Shown here: positions 1 to 8,004 of the stretch, piece after piece
How the letters are laid out: each line of letters starts with the position of its first letter
How positions within the stretch are numbered: position 1 is the first letter of the stretch
Assembly: GCF_040402955.1 (NCBI RefSeq)
Contig: NZ_JBBALQ010000006.1
Span: forward strand, 679-64,678
Direction of reading: 5' to 3'
From: Flavobacterium sp.
GTDB lineage: Bacteria; Bacteroidota; Bacteroidia; Flavobacteriales; Flavobacteriaceae
Length of the DNA: 64,000 bases
Position numbers and translations under genes: made by a program
The notes under the pieces: model-generated
What the model was told of the DNA's origin: nothing
Seen by the model: only the letters and a program-made list of their open reading frames with translations
Databases searched by the model: none

Positions 1-3
1 TTT

Positions 4-246
4 ATGAAATCTTCGAAGCTGGAAGCGGGTTTAGATGTTATAAATGTTAAAGAAACTTGGTATAAAATGATGGGTCCGGCATTTAAAAATTATACAGAAC
101 ATATTGAATTAAAAAGACAAACGTTATATGTGCAATTAAATTCTTCTGTTGTAAAACAAGAATTGGAATACGGAAAATCTAAAATAATCAAAATGTTAAA
201 CGAAGAACTTGGAAAAGATTTGATTAAAGAAATTGTATTTAGGTAG
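4..246 (+). CDS. DUF721 (DciA-like) family small protein; the frame is open to the window edge, so the true start may lie upstream
   Basis: 80-aa ORF whose sequence style (..LYVQLNSSVVKQELEYGKSKIIKMLNEELG..) matches my recollection of DUF721. It is followed by a terminator hairpin. Confidence 0.5.
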   Translation: MKSSKLEAGLDVINVKETWYKMMGPAFKNYTEHIELKRQTLYVQLNSSVVKQELEYGKSKIIKMLNEELGKDLIKEIVFR

Positions 247-251
247 AAAAA

Positions 252-284
252 GGTTAAGGGTTTAAGTTCTTAGGTTTAAGGTTT
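252..284. repeat. Imperfect 7-8 nt periodic repeat (GGTTAAG G GTTTAAG TTCTTAG GTTTAAG GTTT)
   Basis: Read directly from the sequence. The unit style is the same as the GTTTCAR heptamers at 9348-9369, 9860-9888 and 33454-33475. Confidence 0.6.
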
Positions 285-326
285 AAAAAAAAAGGTGATT
301 TGAAATTTCAAATCACCTTTTTTTTA
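284..326. terminator. Bidirectional rho-independent terminator between the DUF721 gene and ndk
   Basis: A-run, then stem aaaggtgatttga (291-303) pairing with tcaaatcaccttt (308-320), then a T-run. It lies between convergent genes. Confidence 0.8.
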
Positions 327-341
327 TACGAAATACTATTT

Positions 342-761
342 TTAGAATTGCTCTCTTTCAGCGAAGTGGAAAGCACTTTCGATAGCTGCATTTTCATCTG
401 AATCTGAACCGTGAACGGCATTTTCTCCAATTGAATTAGCATATTTTTTACGGATAGTTCCTTCAGCAGCATCAGCAGGGTTTGTAGCACCTATTAAAGC
501 TCTGAAATCTTCTACTGCGTTGTTTTTTTCTAAAATTGCAGCAACAACAGGTCCGCGAGTCATAAATTCTACTAATTCACCAAAGAAAGGTCTTTCTGAG
601 TGAACCGCATAAAATTTCTGAGCATCTGCTACAGTTAATTGCGTTAATTTCATAGAAACGATTCTGAAACCGCCTTCTGTAATCATGTTTAAAATTCCAC
701 CGATGTGTCCGTTTTCAACACCATCTGGTTTAATCATTGTAAATGTTCTATTTGTAGCCAT
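342..761 (-). CDS. ndk: Nucleoside diphosphate kinase
   Basis: [15 protein letters not shown]...NAVHGSDS is a classic NDK sequence. I chose the ATG at 761 (139 aa) rather than the longer ORF start at 782. Confidence 0.95.
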   Translation of the reverse strand: MATNRTFTMIKPDGVENGHIGGILNMITEGGFRIVSMKLTQLTVADAQKFYAVHSERPFFGELVEFMTRGPVVAAILEKNNAVEDFRALIGATNPADAAEGTIRKKYANSIGENAVHGSDSDENAAIESAFHFAEREQF

Positions 762-836
762 TTTTCTTAAAATTTTTGGCAAAGGTACTATTTAATTCTA
801 AACTGCAAAAGGGTTTTTTGGAAAATCAAATATCAT

Positions 837-2417
837 TTATATTGTAACTAAAGTAAAATTTGTATGAAAGGGATTTGAGTGTATGATAATTTGACTTACA
901 AATTCAGCTGAATAAAACGCACTAAAATTAGTTGTTCGTTCTTGTAGATTACCATTTGGAAATAATTGATTTTGTATTTCGGTTATACGTGTTGTTTTTT
1001 CAAAATGAACTCGTTTTTCAGCTTTTAACAAACGCTTTTCTAGGTTTTCTAATCCATTTATTTGCTTAGCTTCTTGAGCTTTAACGGCTCTAATAAACGA
1101 CTTATCAGTTTGTTCTGCGATTTTTAATAATGCAGAAAACTGTTTTCTTAACGTATCTTTTTGTTCAGAAAAATCAATTTTAAAATTCGAAAATTCTTTA
1201 GTTTTTTTGTCGACTAATTCTTGTTTGGAAAGAAATAATTCTTCAAACGAAATGCCTAAATTGGCTGTTTTTGATATTTGTTTTTCTGTAGCAATTACAA
1301 ACGAATTTCGTAATATTAAAACAGGAAATGTAACCTTTTGAGTTTCAAAATTATTTTTTAATTCTAACCAATACGCTATTTCGCCACCACCTCCAATATA
1401 TGCTAAATTTGGTAATATAACTTCTTGATATAACGGTCTCAAAATAACATTTGGACTAAATTTTTCCGGATAATTTTTTAGCTCTTCTGAAATTTCAGCT
1501 TCTGAAAATTCAATTTCTGTATTGTTAACTTTGTAAATATTGTTTTCAAAAATAATTCGTTCACGTAAATTATCTTCAATGTAAAACAAATTGATTTCTC
1601 TCGGATTTACTTGAACTGTGTATTCTTTTAATTGTGAAATTGTTTTAGAAACAGCTGCGAAAGAATTTTGATGAAGTAATTCATCTTGAACATATGGTGA
1701 GAAAAGTGATTTCAGATTTTTATCATCGCCATCAATAATCACTAAACCTTCCGTTTTAAATAACTCATTGGCTAAATAACGTGTCGCATCTGCTAAATTT
1801 GTCTGTTCTAAATAGGTTTTTTTAAACAAGTCTTTTAGATATTCCGCTGTTTCGCCAACTCCAATAGCTTCAGAAAACGTATCAAGAACGTCATTTAAAC
1901 CATCGGTTGTTAATCTTCCAACAGGTCCGAAACTTTCTTTATCCCATTTGATTTTTTGGTAGTTAAAATGAAAATGATTTATTTCTTCAAAATCGTGATC
2001 TTCTGTCGCCATCCAATAAATAGGCACAAAATTATAATCTGAATATTTTTGTTTTAATTGCTTGCATAAATTAATTGTGGAAGCAATTTTATAGATAAAA
2101 TAAACAGGTCCTGAAAACAAATTTAATTGATGTCCGGTTGTAATGGTAAAGGTTTTCTCCGATCTTAATAATTCAATGTTGGATTGAGTTTCTGGAGATA
2201 TTGGAAAATTCGAATTCTGATTTTTTAACGCTTCAGCTAAAATTAATCGATTTTCAATGGTATAATTTTTCGCCTTCTCGGTTATTTGAGCACCAAAATT
2301 CTCTATCCGGGGAAACCGATGATATAGTGATTGTACTTCTGGTTTTTCATCTAAATAATCTACAATTAGTTTAGAAAAATAACCCGATTTTTGATACGAA
2401 ATACAATCTGTTGGCAT
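837..2417 (-). CDS. bshC: Bacillithiol biosynthesis cysteine-adding enzyme BshC
   Basis: About 526 aa with N-terminus MPTDCISYQKSGYFSKLIVDYL... and the overall pattern of the BshC (YllA/DUF2317) family. Start taken at the ATG at 2417. Confidence 0.8.
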   Translation of the reverse strand: MPTDCISYQKSGYFSKLIVDYLDEKPEVQSLYHRFPRIENFGAQITEKAKNYTIENRLILAEALKNQNSNFPISPETQSNIELLRSEKTFTITTGHQLNLFSGPVYFIYKIASTINLCKQLKQKYSDYNFVPIYWMATEDHDFEEINHFHFNYQKIKWDKESFGPVGRLTTDGLNDVLDTFSEAIGVGETAEYLKDLFKKTYLEQTNLADATRYLANELFKTEGLVIIDGDDKNLKSLFSPYVQDELLHQNSFAAVSKTISQLKEYTVQVNPREINLFYIEDNLRERIIFENNIYKVNNTEIEFSEAEISEELKNYPEKFSPNVILRPLYQEVILPNLAYIGGGGEIAYWLELKNNFETQKVTFPVLILRNSFVIATEKQISKTANLGISFEELFLSKQELVDKKTKEFSNFKIDFSEQKDTLRKQFSALLKIAEQTDKSFIRAVKAQEAKQINGLENLEKRLLKAEKRVHFEKTTRITEIQNQLFPNGNLQERTTNFSAFYSAEFVSQIIIHSNPFHTNFTLVTI

Positions 2418-2465
2418 AATTTTTTTTACAAAAATAATCATTTTTCGTCATCTACAATTAATTTT

Positions 2466-2473
2466 TATCTTTG
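2466..2473 (+). promoter_or_regulatory. Candidate Bacteroidota -7 promoter box (TATCTTTG) for the radical SAM gene
   Basis: Matches the TAnnTTTG consensus and lies 16 nt upstream of the TTG start at 2489. Confidence 0.4.
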
Positions 2474-2488
2474 TAAAAACATTTCACC

Positions 2489-4666
2489 TTGTCAGACATT
2501 CTTTTAATCACGCCACCATTTACCCAATTGAACACGCCTTATCCCGCAACGGCCTATATCAAAGGGTTTCTAAACACGAAAAGTATTTCTGCTTTTCAAA
2601 TGGATTTGGGTATCGAAGTGATATTAGAATTGTTTTCCAAAAAAGGGTTGAGCTCCTTAATTCCTAAAGGTGAAATAGTACAATTTTCAGAAAATTCGCA
2701 ACGAATTCACACCCTTTGGGATGATTATGTCATTACAATTGACGCGGTAATTGCTTTTCTTCAAGGAAAAAATCCAACGTTAGCACGACAAATATGTAGT
2801 GGGAATTTTTTACCCGAAGCCTCTCGTTTCAATCAGTTAGATGATATGGAATGGGCTTTTGGTTCGATGGGAATGCAAGATAAAGCAAAACATTTGGCCA
2901 CTTTGTATTTAGAAGACATTTCGGATTTCATTGTGGAATGTGTCGATGAAAATTTCGGATTTAGTCGTTATGCAGAACGATTGGGTAGAAGTGCCAATTC
3001 ATTCGATGAGTTATATGCCGAATTACAAAAGGAAACCACGCATATAGATAAAATTACGCTTCACATTTTAGAGGAAAGGGTTAAGGAATTTCAACCGAAG
3101 TTGGTGTTAATTTCTGTGCCTTTTCCAGGAAATTTATATAGCGCTTTTAGATGTGCGCAATACATAAAAGTCTATTATCCTGCCACAAAAATTGCTATGG
3201 GAGGTGGTTTTCCAAATACAGAATTAAGAAGTTTAAAAGACAAAAGAGTCTTTGAGTTTTTCGATTTTATTACGCTTGATGATGGCGAATTGCCAGTAGA
3301 GCTTTTATATAATTATTGTCATTCTGAACTTGTTTCAGAACCCGAATTTAAACGTACTTTTTTGTTAGAAAATAATGAAGTCGTATATAAAAATAACACT
3401 ACAAAATCAGATTATAAACACGCTGAAGTGGGTACGCCCGATTATTCTGATTTACATTTAGATAGTTACATTTCTGTAATTGAAATTGCAAATCCTATGC
3501 ATAGTTTATGGAGTGATGGCCGTTGGAATAAACTTACGATGGCGCACGGCTGTTATTGGGGCAAATGTACGTTTTGTGATGTCTCGTTAGATTATATAAA
3601 AATTTATGAACCTATTGCAGCAAAAATTCTTGTGGATAGGATGGAAGAAATGATTCTTCAAACTCGCGAAACAGGTTTTCATTTTGTAGATGAAGCCGCA
3701 CCGCCAGCATTAATGCGTGAAGTGGCTTTGGAAATTCTTAAACGGAAATTAGTTGTTTCGTGGTGGACAAACATTCGCTTTGAGAAAAGTTTTACGAAAG
3801 ATTTGTGCATTTTATTAAAAGCTTCAGGTTGTATTGCGGTTTCTGGTGGATTAGAAGTAGCTTCAGATAGATTATTAGAACTTATTAAAAAAGGAGTAAC
3901 GGTTGAACAAGTAGCAAAAGTCACGAATTATTTTACCGAAGCTGGAATTATGGTTCACGCGTATTTAATGTACGGTTATCCCACACAAACTATTCAAGAA
4001 ACTATAGATAGTTTAGAAATGGTGCGACAATTGTTTCAAATAGGAAGTATACAATCTGGATTTTGGCATCAATTTGCTATGACGGCACATTCGCCTGTAG
4101 GATTACATCCTGATGAATTTGGTGTAATTCCGCAACAAAATGAAATTACTTTTGCAAATAACGACATTCAGTTTATTGACAAAACAGGTATCAATCACGA
4201 TAAGTTTAGTTTTGGATTAAAAAAATCGCTGTTTAATTATATGCACGGTATTTGTTTCGATTATGATTTGCAAGATTGGTTTGAATTTAAAATTCCAAAA
4301 ACAAAAATTGCTCCAGATTTTATAGAAAATGCACTTAATAATTCAGTAGATTTTTCATTAAAACCTACTGCAAAATTAATTTGGATAGGTAATTTACCAA
4401 TTGTAGATTATTTTACCAAATCCAAAAAAGGCGCTACCTGGGCAATGGCGAAAATGACGTTTTATTTTAAAACAGATACTATTGAAATTTCTTTGGAAAA
4501 AACCCAAGCAGATTGGCTACTAAAAACCTTAAAATCAGTTGCAAATCAACCCGTTTTACTAAAAGATATTAAAATGGACTTCGAATCTCAGTTTGAAGAT
4601 TTTGAACTATTTTGGTTTTCAAAACCAATGAATTCATTGCGAAATTCTGGTTTGTTAGTAATTTAA
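2489..4666 (+). CDS. B12-binding-domain radical SAM protein (large, function unknown)
   Basis: 725 aa. The N-terminus ILLITPPFTQLNTPYPATAYIKGFL resembles class-B rSAM B12-binding domains. The cluster motif is HGCYWGKCTFCD (CX4CX2C). The start is TTG, and the next Met is at residue 38, inside the conserved domain. Confidence 0.8.
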   Translation: MSDILLITPPFTQLNTPYPATAYIKGFLNTKSISAFQMDLGIEVILELFSKKGLSSLIPKGEIVQFSENSQRIHTLWDDYVITIDAVIAFLQGKNPTLARQICSGNFLPEASRFNQLDDMEWAFGSMGMQDKAKHLATLYLEDISDFIVECVDENFGFSRYAERLGRSANSFDELYAELQKETTHIDKITLHILEERVKEFQPKLVLISVPFPGNLYSAFRCAQYIKVYYPATKIAMGGGFPNTELRSLKDKRVFEFFDFITLDDGELPVELLYNYCHSELVSEPEFKRTFLLENNEVVYKNNTTKSDYKHAEVGTPDYSDLHLDSYISVIEIANPMHSLWSDGRWNKLTMAHGCYWGKCTFCDVSLDYIKIYEPIAAKILVDRMEEMILQTRETGFHFVDEAAPPALMREVALEILKRKLVVSWWTNIRFEKSFTKDLCILLKASGCIAVSGGLEVASDRLLELIKKGVTVEQVAKVTNYFTEAGIMVHAYLMYGYPTQTIQETIDSLEMVRQLFQIGSIQSGFWHQFAMTAHSPVGLHPDEFGVIPQQNEITFANNDIQFIDKTGINHDKFSFGLKKSLFNYMHGICFDYDLQDWFEFKIPKTKIAPDFIENALNNSVDFSLKPTAKLIWIGNLPIVDYFTKSKKGATWAMAKMTFYFKTDTIEISLEKTQADWLLKTLKSVANQPVLLKDIKMDFESQFEDFELFWFSKPMNSLRNSGLLVI

Positions 4667-4690
4667 AATAGGTTTTATTTAGAGTTTTTT

Positions 4691-4725
4691 TAGACCTGAC
4701 AGGTTTTATAAACCTGTCAGGTCTA
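4691..4725. terminator. Bidirectional hairpin terminator between the rSAM gene and mtaB
   Basis: Perfect 15-bp inverted repeat: tagacctgacaggtt (4691-4705) and aacctgtcaggtcta (4711-4725). T-rich on the left flank. Confidence 0.7.
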
Positions 4726-4733
4726 GAGAATAC

Positions 4734-6062
4734 TTACACTGGCACATTCACAAATTCCATTCTTACTAAACCGTCATCGTCAATTTTTGTAAGTTTAATT
4801 TCGTGTAAGGTATTTGCTAATTCTGGGTTCCAAGGCGTTTTTACTTTTACGTAGTTTTCTGTAAAACCCGTAATATATCCTTCTTTATTTTCGTTTTCAA
4901 ATAGTACAGTGCGCGTTGTTCCAATTTGACTTTCATAATACGCTCTGCGTTTTTTCACAGAAAGGCCGCGTAACATTTTACTACGTTTACTTCTTATGTT
5001 AGCGGGTACAACACCTGGCATATCTGCGGCTTCCGTATTGTCGCGCTCACTGTATGTAAACACGTGTAGATATGAAATGTTCATTTCATTTAAATAATTG
5101 TAGGTTTCTAAAAAGTGTTCGTCGGTTTCGCCTGGAAATCCAACAATTACATCCACACCAATACACGCGTGTGGCATTACTTCTTTAATCTTATTTACGC
5201 GTTCCGTATAAATTTCACGTTGGTAACGACGCTTCATTTTTCCTAAAATTTCATTACTACCACTTTGTAATGGAATATGAAAATGCGGTACAAACGTTCG
5301 GCTTTTACTTACAAATTCAATCGTTTCGTTTTTTAATAAATTAGGCTCAATGCTTGAAATTCTTAGTCTTTCAATGCCATCAACTTTGTCTAATTCTTGC
5401 ACTAATTCTAAAAACGTATGTTCGTGTTTTTTGTTGCCAAATTCACCTTTTCCGTAATCGCCAATGTTTACACCAGTTAATACAATTTCTTTAATGTTTT
5501 GTTCCGAAATTTCTTTCGCATTTTTCAATACATTTTCCAAAGCATCACTTCTCGAAATTCCACGTGCTAACGGAATCGTACAATACGTACATTTATAATC
5601 GCAACCATCTTGTACTTTTAAGAAAGCACGGGTTCGGTCACCAATGGAATAACTGCCTACATAAAAATAGGCTTCTTCAATTTCGCAACTGTGCACTTCG
5701 CCCATATCGTTTTTGGATAGGTCGTTTATGTAATCGGTGATTTTAAATTTTTCTGTCGCACCCAAAACCAAATCAACACCATCAACTGCGGCTAATTCTT
5801 CGGGTTTCAGTTGCGCATAACAGCCTACGGCGGCAACAAAAGCTTTGTCGTTTAGTTTCATCGCTTTTTTTACCACTTGTTTAAACTGCTTATCGGCATT
5901 TTCTGTTACCGAACACGTGTTAATTACGTAAATATCGGCTACTTCTTCAAAATCCACTCTGTCAAAACCTTCATCTGTAAAGTTTCTGGCAATAGTAGAA
6001 GTTTCCGAAAAATTCAGTTTACAACCTAGTGTATAAAACGCTACTTTTTTTCTATCAGACAT
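4734..6062 (-). CDS. mtaB: tRNA (t6A37) methylthiotransferase MtaB
   Basis: MSDRKKVAFYTLGCKLNFSETS... is an MiaB/MtaB-type UPF0004 N-domain, followed by the radical SAM motif CDYKCTYC and a TRAM-like C-terminus. Start set at the ATG at 6062. The longer ORF extension reads through a palindromic element. Confidence 0.85.
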   Translation of the reverse strand: MSDRKKVAFYTLGCKLNFSETSTIARNFTDEGFDRVDFEEVADIYVINTCSVTENADKQFKQVVKKAMKLNDKAFVAAVGCYAQLKPEELAAVDGVDLVLGATEKFKITDYINDLSKNDMGEVHSCEIEEAYFYVGSYSIGDRTRAFLKVQDGCDYKCTYCTIPLARGISRSDALENVLKNAKEISEQNIKEIVLTGVNIGDYGKGEFGNKKHEHTFLELVQELDKVDGIERLRISSIEPNLLKNETIEFVSKSRTFVPHFHIPLQSGSNEILGKMKRRYQREIYTERVNKIKEVMPHACIGVDVIVGFPGETDEHFLETYNYLNEMNISYLHVFTYSERDNTEAADMPGVVPANIRSKRSKMLRGLSVKKRRAYYESQIGTTRTVLFENENKEGYITGFTENYVKVKTPWNPELANTLHEIKLTKIDDDGLVRMEFVNVPV

Positions 6063-6075
6063 ACTTGTTTTCTTT

Positions 6076-6171
6076 GGGCGTGCCCTTTCAGGTCGTGCTA
6101 TCCGTTGCAATCTTTTTTTGTGGCTTGAAAAAAAGCCACAAAAAAAGGATTTCCACTTCTATCACTCACGC
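6076..6171. other. GC-rich nested imperfect palindrome (structured element) in the mtaB upstream/leader region
   Basis: Outer pairing is gcgtg (6078-6082) with cacgc (6167-6171). The middle 18-nt arms (6095-6112 and 6148-6165) pair at 12 of 18 positions. The inner stem is a perfect 14 bp, tttttttgtggctt (6113-6126) with aagccacaaaaaaa (6133-6146). Confidence 0.6.
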
Positions 6172-6181
6172 AAATCGGGTA

Positions 6182-6189
6182 CAAAATTA
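6182..6189 (-). promoter_or_regulatory. Candidate -7 box for mtaB (TAATTTTG on the minus strand)
   Basis: The + strand reads CAAAATTA, which is the reverse complement of TAnnTTTG. This would place the palindromic element inside the mtaB 5' UTR. I found no convincing -33 TTG. Confidence 0.3.
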
Positions 6190-6272
6190 CGTAGATTTTT
6201 CTTAAGTTATAAATCTTTTAGTATCAGATTTTTAGCGAAAGCGGTTTCAAAATAAAAAATAATGGTATTTTG

Positions 6273-6303
6273 TTTGCAGTATTGGGTAATAGTATTATAT
6301 TTG
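6273..6303 (+). promoter_or_regulatory. Candidate rpmE2 promoter (-33 TTTG at 6273-6276, -7 TATATTTG at 6296-6303)
   Basis: Matches the Bacteroidota TTTG-N19-TAnnTTTG consensus and lies about 108 nt upstream of the ATG. Confidence 0.45.
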
Positions 6304-6410
6304 CACCCTGAAATAAAAACATAATTAACAAAAGGTTATAAGGCGTTTACACCTTTTTATAGTAAAAAGCCGCGAAACAAATTATAATCATACATTTAAA
6401 GATTTACAAA

Positions 6411-6665
6411 ATGAGAAAAGGAATTCACCCGGAAAACTACAGATTAGTCGCTTTCAAAGACATGTCTAACGATGATGTATTCATCACAAAATCAACTGTT
6501 GAAACTAAAGAAACTATCACGCACGAAGGTGTTGAGTATCCAGTTTTCAAAATGGAGATTTCTAGAACGTCTCACCCTTTTTACACAGGTAAATCTAAAC
6601 TTATTGATACTGCAGGTCGTATCGATAAATTCAAAACGAAATACGCTAAATTCTCTAAAGAATAG
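6411..6665 (+). CDS. rpmE2: 50S ribosomal protein L31, type B (no CxxC zinc motif)
   Basis: MRKGIHPENYRLVAFKDMSNDD...SHPFYTGK is a type B L31. Confidence 0.95.
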   Translation: MRKGIHPENYRLVAFKDMSNDDVFITKSTVETKETITHEGVEYPVFKMEISRTSHPFYTGKSKLIDTAGRIDKFKTKYAKFSKE

Positions 6666-6687
6666 TAGAATTTATTTAAATAATAAC

Positions 6688-6717
6688 AAACCTCGAAAGT
6701 ATTCGGGGTTTTTTTAT
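6688..6717 (+). terminator. Rho-independent terminator of rpmE2
   Basis: Stem cctcgaa/ttcgggg (one G-U pair) followed by a T-run. Confidence 0.7.
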
Positions 6718-6785
6718 TTTTATAAGTCAAATTTCTTTGTAAATTTGAATCGTTAAGTTTCTATTAAACCTTTTAAACTTTTTCA

Positions 6786-7958
6786 ATGAACTATATTCTT
6801 TTTGATGGACCTCATCGTAATGCTTTGTTGCCATTTACCTTCACAAGACCCGTTGCAGATATTCGTGTTGGGATTTTAACCATTCGTGAAAAATGGGAAA
6901 AACAGTTGGGTTCTACCACAACATCTATTACAGAAGACTATTTGTCTGAAAAATGGCCTATGGTAGAAATGGAAAATAACGTAATGATTAATGCTTCGTA
7001 TTTACCAAATGATATTTTGGTAGCTATGATTAAAAATTTAGAACATAATCAAGCGATTTTTCAAGAGGAAGAAGTAGTGGCTTTTTATGCTAAAGAAGGA
7101 GAAGAAGTCGATTTTGATTCTTTCGAAGTACTTGAATTTTCGAATGACTGCATTAAAATTGAAAACACTTGGGATATTTTTCAAAAAAATGAGGTAGCCA
7201 TTCGTGAAGATTTCGAATTGTTGACTGAAGATCGATTTTCACAACCGATACCTAAATCGGTAAACGTAATTGCGCCAGAAAATATTTTCATAGAAGAAGG
7301 CGCTAAATTAGAATTTGTAACCTTAAACGCATCAACAGGTCCTATTTATATTGGTAAAAACGCAGAAATAATGGAAGGTTCTGTTATTCGAGGTCCTTTT
7401 GCCTTGTGTGAATCGGGTAGAGTGAAATTAGCTACAAAAGTTTATGGTGCTACAACAGTTGGACCTCATTCTGTAATTGGTGGTGAAGTGAATAATTCAG
7501 TTTTATTTGGCTATTCTAATAAAGGACACGATGGATTTTTAGGAAATGCGGTTTTAGGAGAATGGTGTAATATTGGTGCGGATACTAACAATAGTAACTT
7601 AAAAAACAATTACGAAGAAGTAAAATTGTGGAGCTACGAAACAGAAAATTTTGCTAAAACAGGTTTGCAATTTTGCGGATTAATGATGGGCGACCACAGT
7701 AAATGCGGTATTAATACTATGTTTAATACAGGTACAGTAGTTGGCGTAAGTACTAATATTTTTGGAGCAGGATTTCCAAGAAATTTTGTACCAAGTTTTA
7801 GTTGGGGTGGCGCAAGTGGTTTTTCAACTTATCTGACCAAAAAAGCGTTTGAAACTGCTAAAATTGTAATGGCAAGAAGAAATGTTGAGTTTTCAGAGGA
7901 AGATGCTAAAATTCTAGAGCATGTTTTTGAAGAAACTAAAAAATACAGAAAAGAATAA
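6786..7958 (+). CDS. GlmU-family putative sugar nucleotidyltransferase/acyltransferase (left-handed beta-helix)
   Basis: 390 aa. The N-terminus NYILFDGPHRNALLPFTFTRPVADIRVGILTIREKWE and the hexapeptide-repeat C-terminal half match my recollection of the alternative GlmU family in Bacteroidota. Confidence 0.7.
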   Translation: MNYILFDGPHRNALLPFTFTRPVADIRVGILTIREKWEKQLGSTTTSITEDYLSEKWPMVEMENNVMINASYLPNDILVAMIKNLEHNQAIFQEEEVVAFYAKEGEEVDFDSFEVLEFSNDCIKIENTWDIFQKNEVAIREDFELLTEDRFSQPIPKSVNVIAPENIFIEEGAKLEFVTLNASTGPIYIGKNAEIMEGSVIRGPFALCESGRVKLATKVYGATTVGPHSVIGGEVNNSVLFGYSNKGHDGFLGNAVLGEWCNIGADTNNSNLKNNYEEVKLWSYETENFAKTGLQFCGLMMGDHSKCGINTMFNTGTVVGVSTNIFGAGFPRNFVPSFSWGGASGFSTYLTKKAFETAKIVMARRNVEFSEEDAKILEHVFEETKKYRKE

Positions 7959-7995
7959 AAAAAAGCGGTTTCAATATTGAAACCGCTTTTTTTTA
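7958..7995. terminator. Bidirectional terminator between the GlmU-like gene and sufD
   Basis: A-run, then the palindrome gcggtttcaatattgaaaccgc (7965-7986), then a T-run. Confidence 0.85.
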
Positions 7996-8004
7996 TAATT
8001 GTTT

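Noticed and set aside
6063-6110. N-terminal extension of mtaB (MQRIARPERARPKKTS) in the ORF track.
   Set aside because: It is a translation of the GC-rich palindromic element. The conserved MtaB N-terminus begins at MSDRKKVAFYTLGC (ATG at 6062).
6472-6756. 94-aa ORF overlapping rpmE2 in another frame.
   Set aside because: It overlaps a highly conserved ribosomal protein gene and runs through its terminator, and its sequence is low-complexity.
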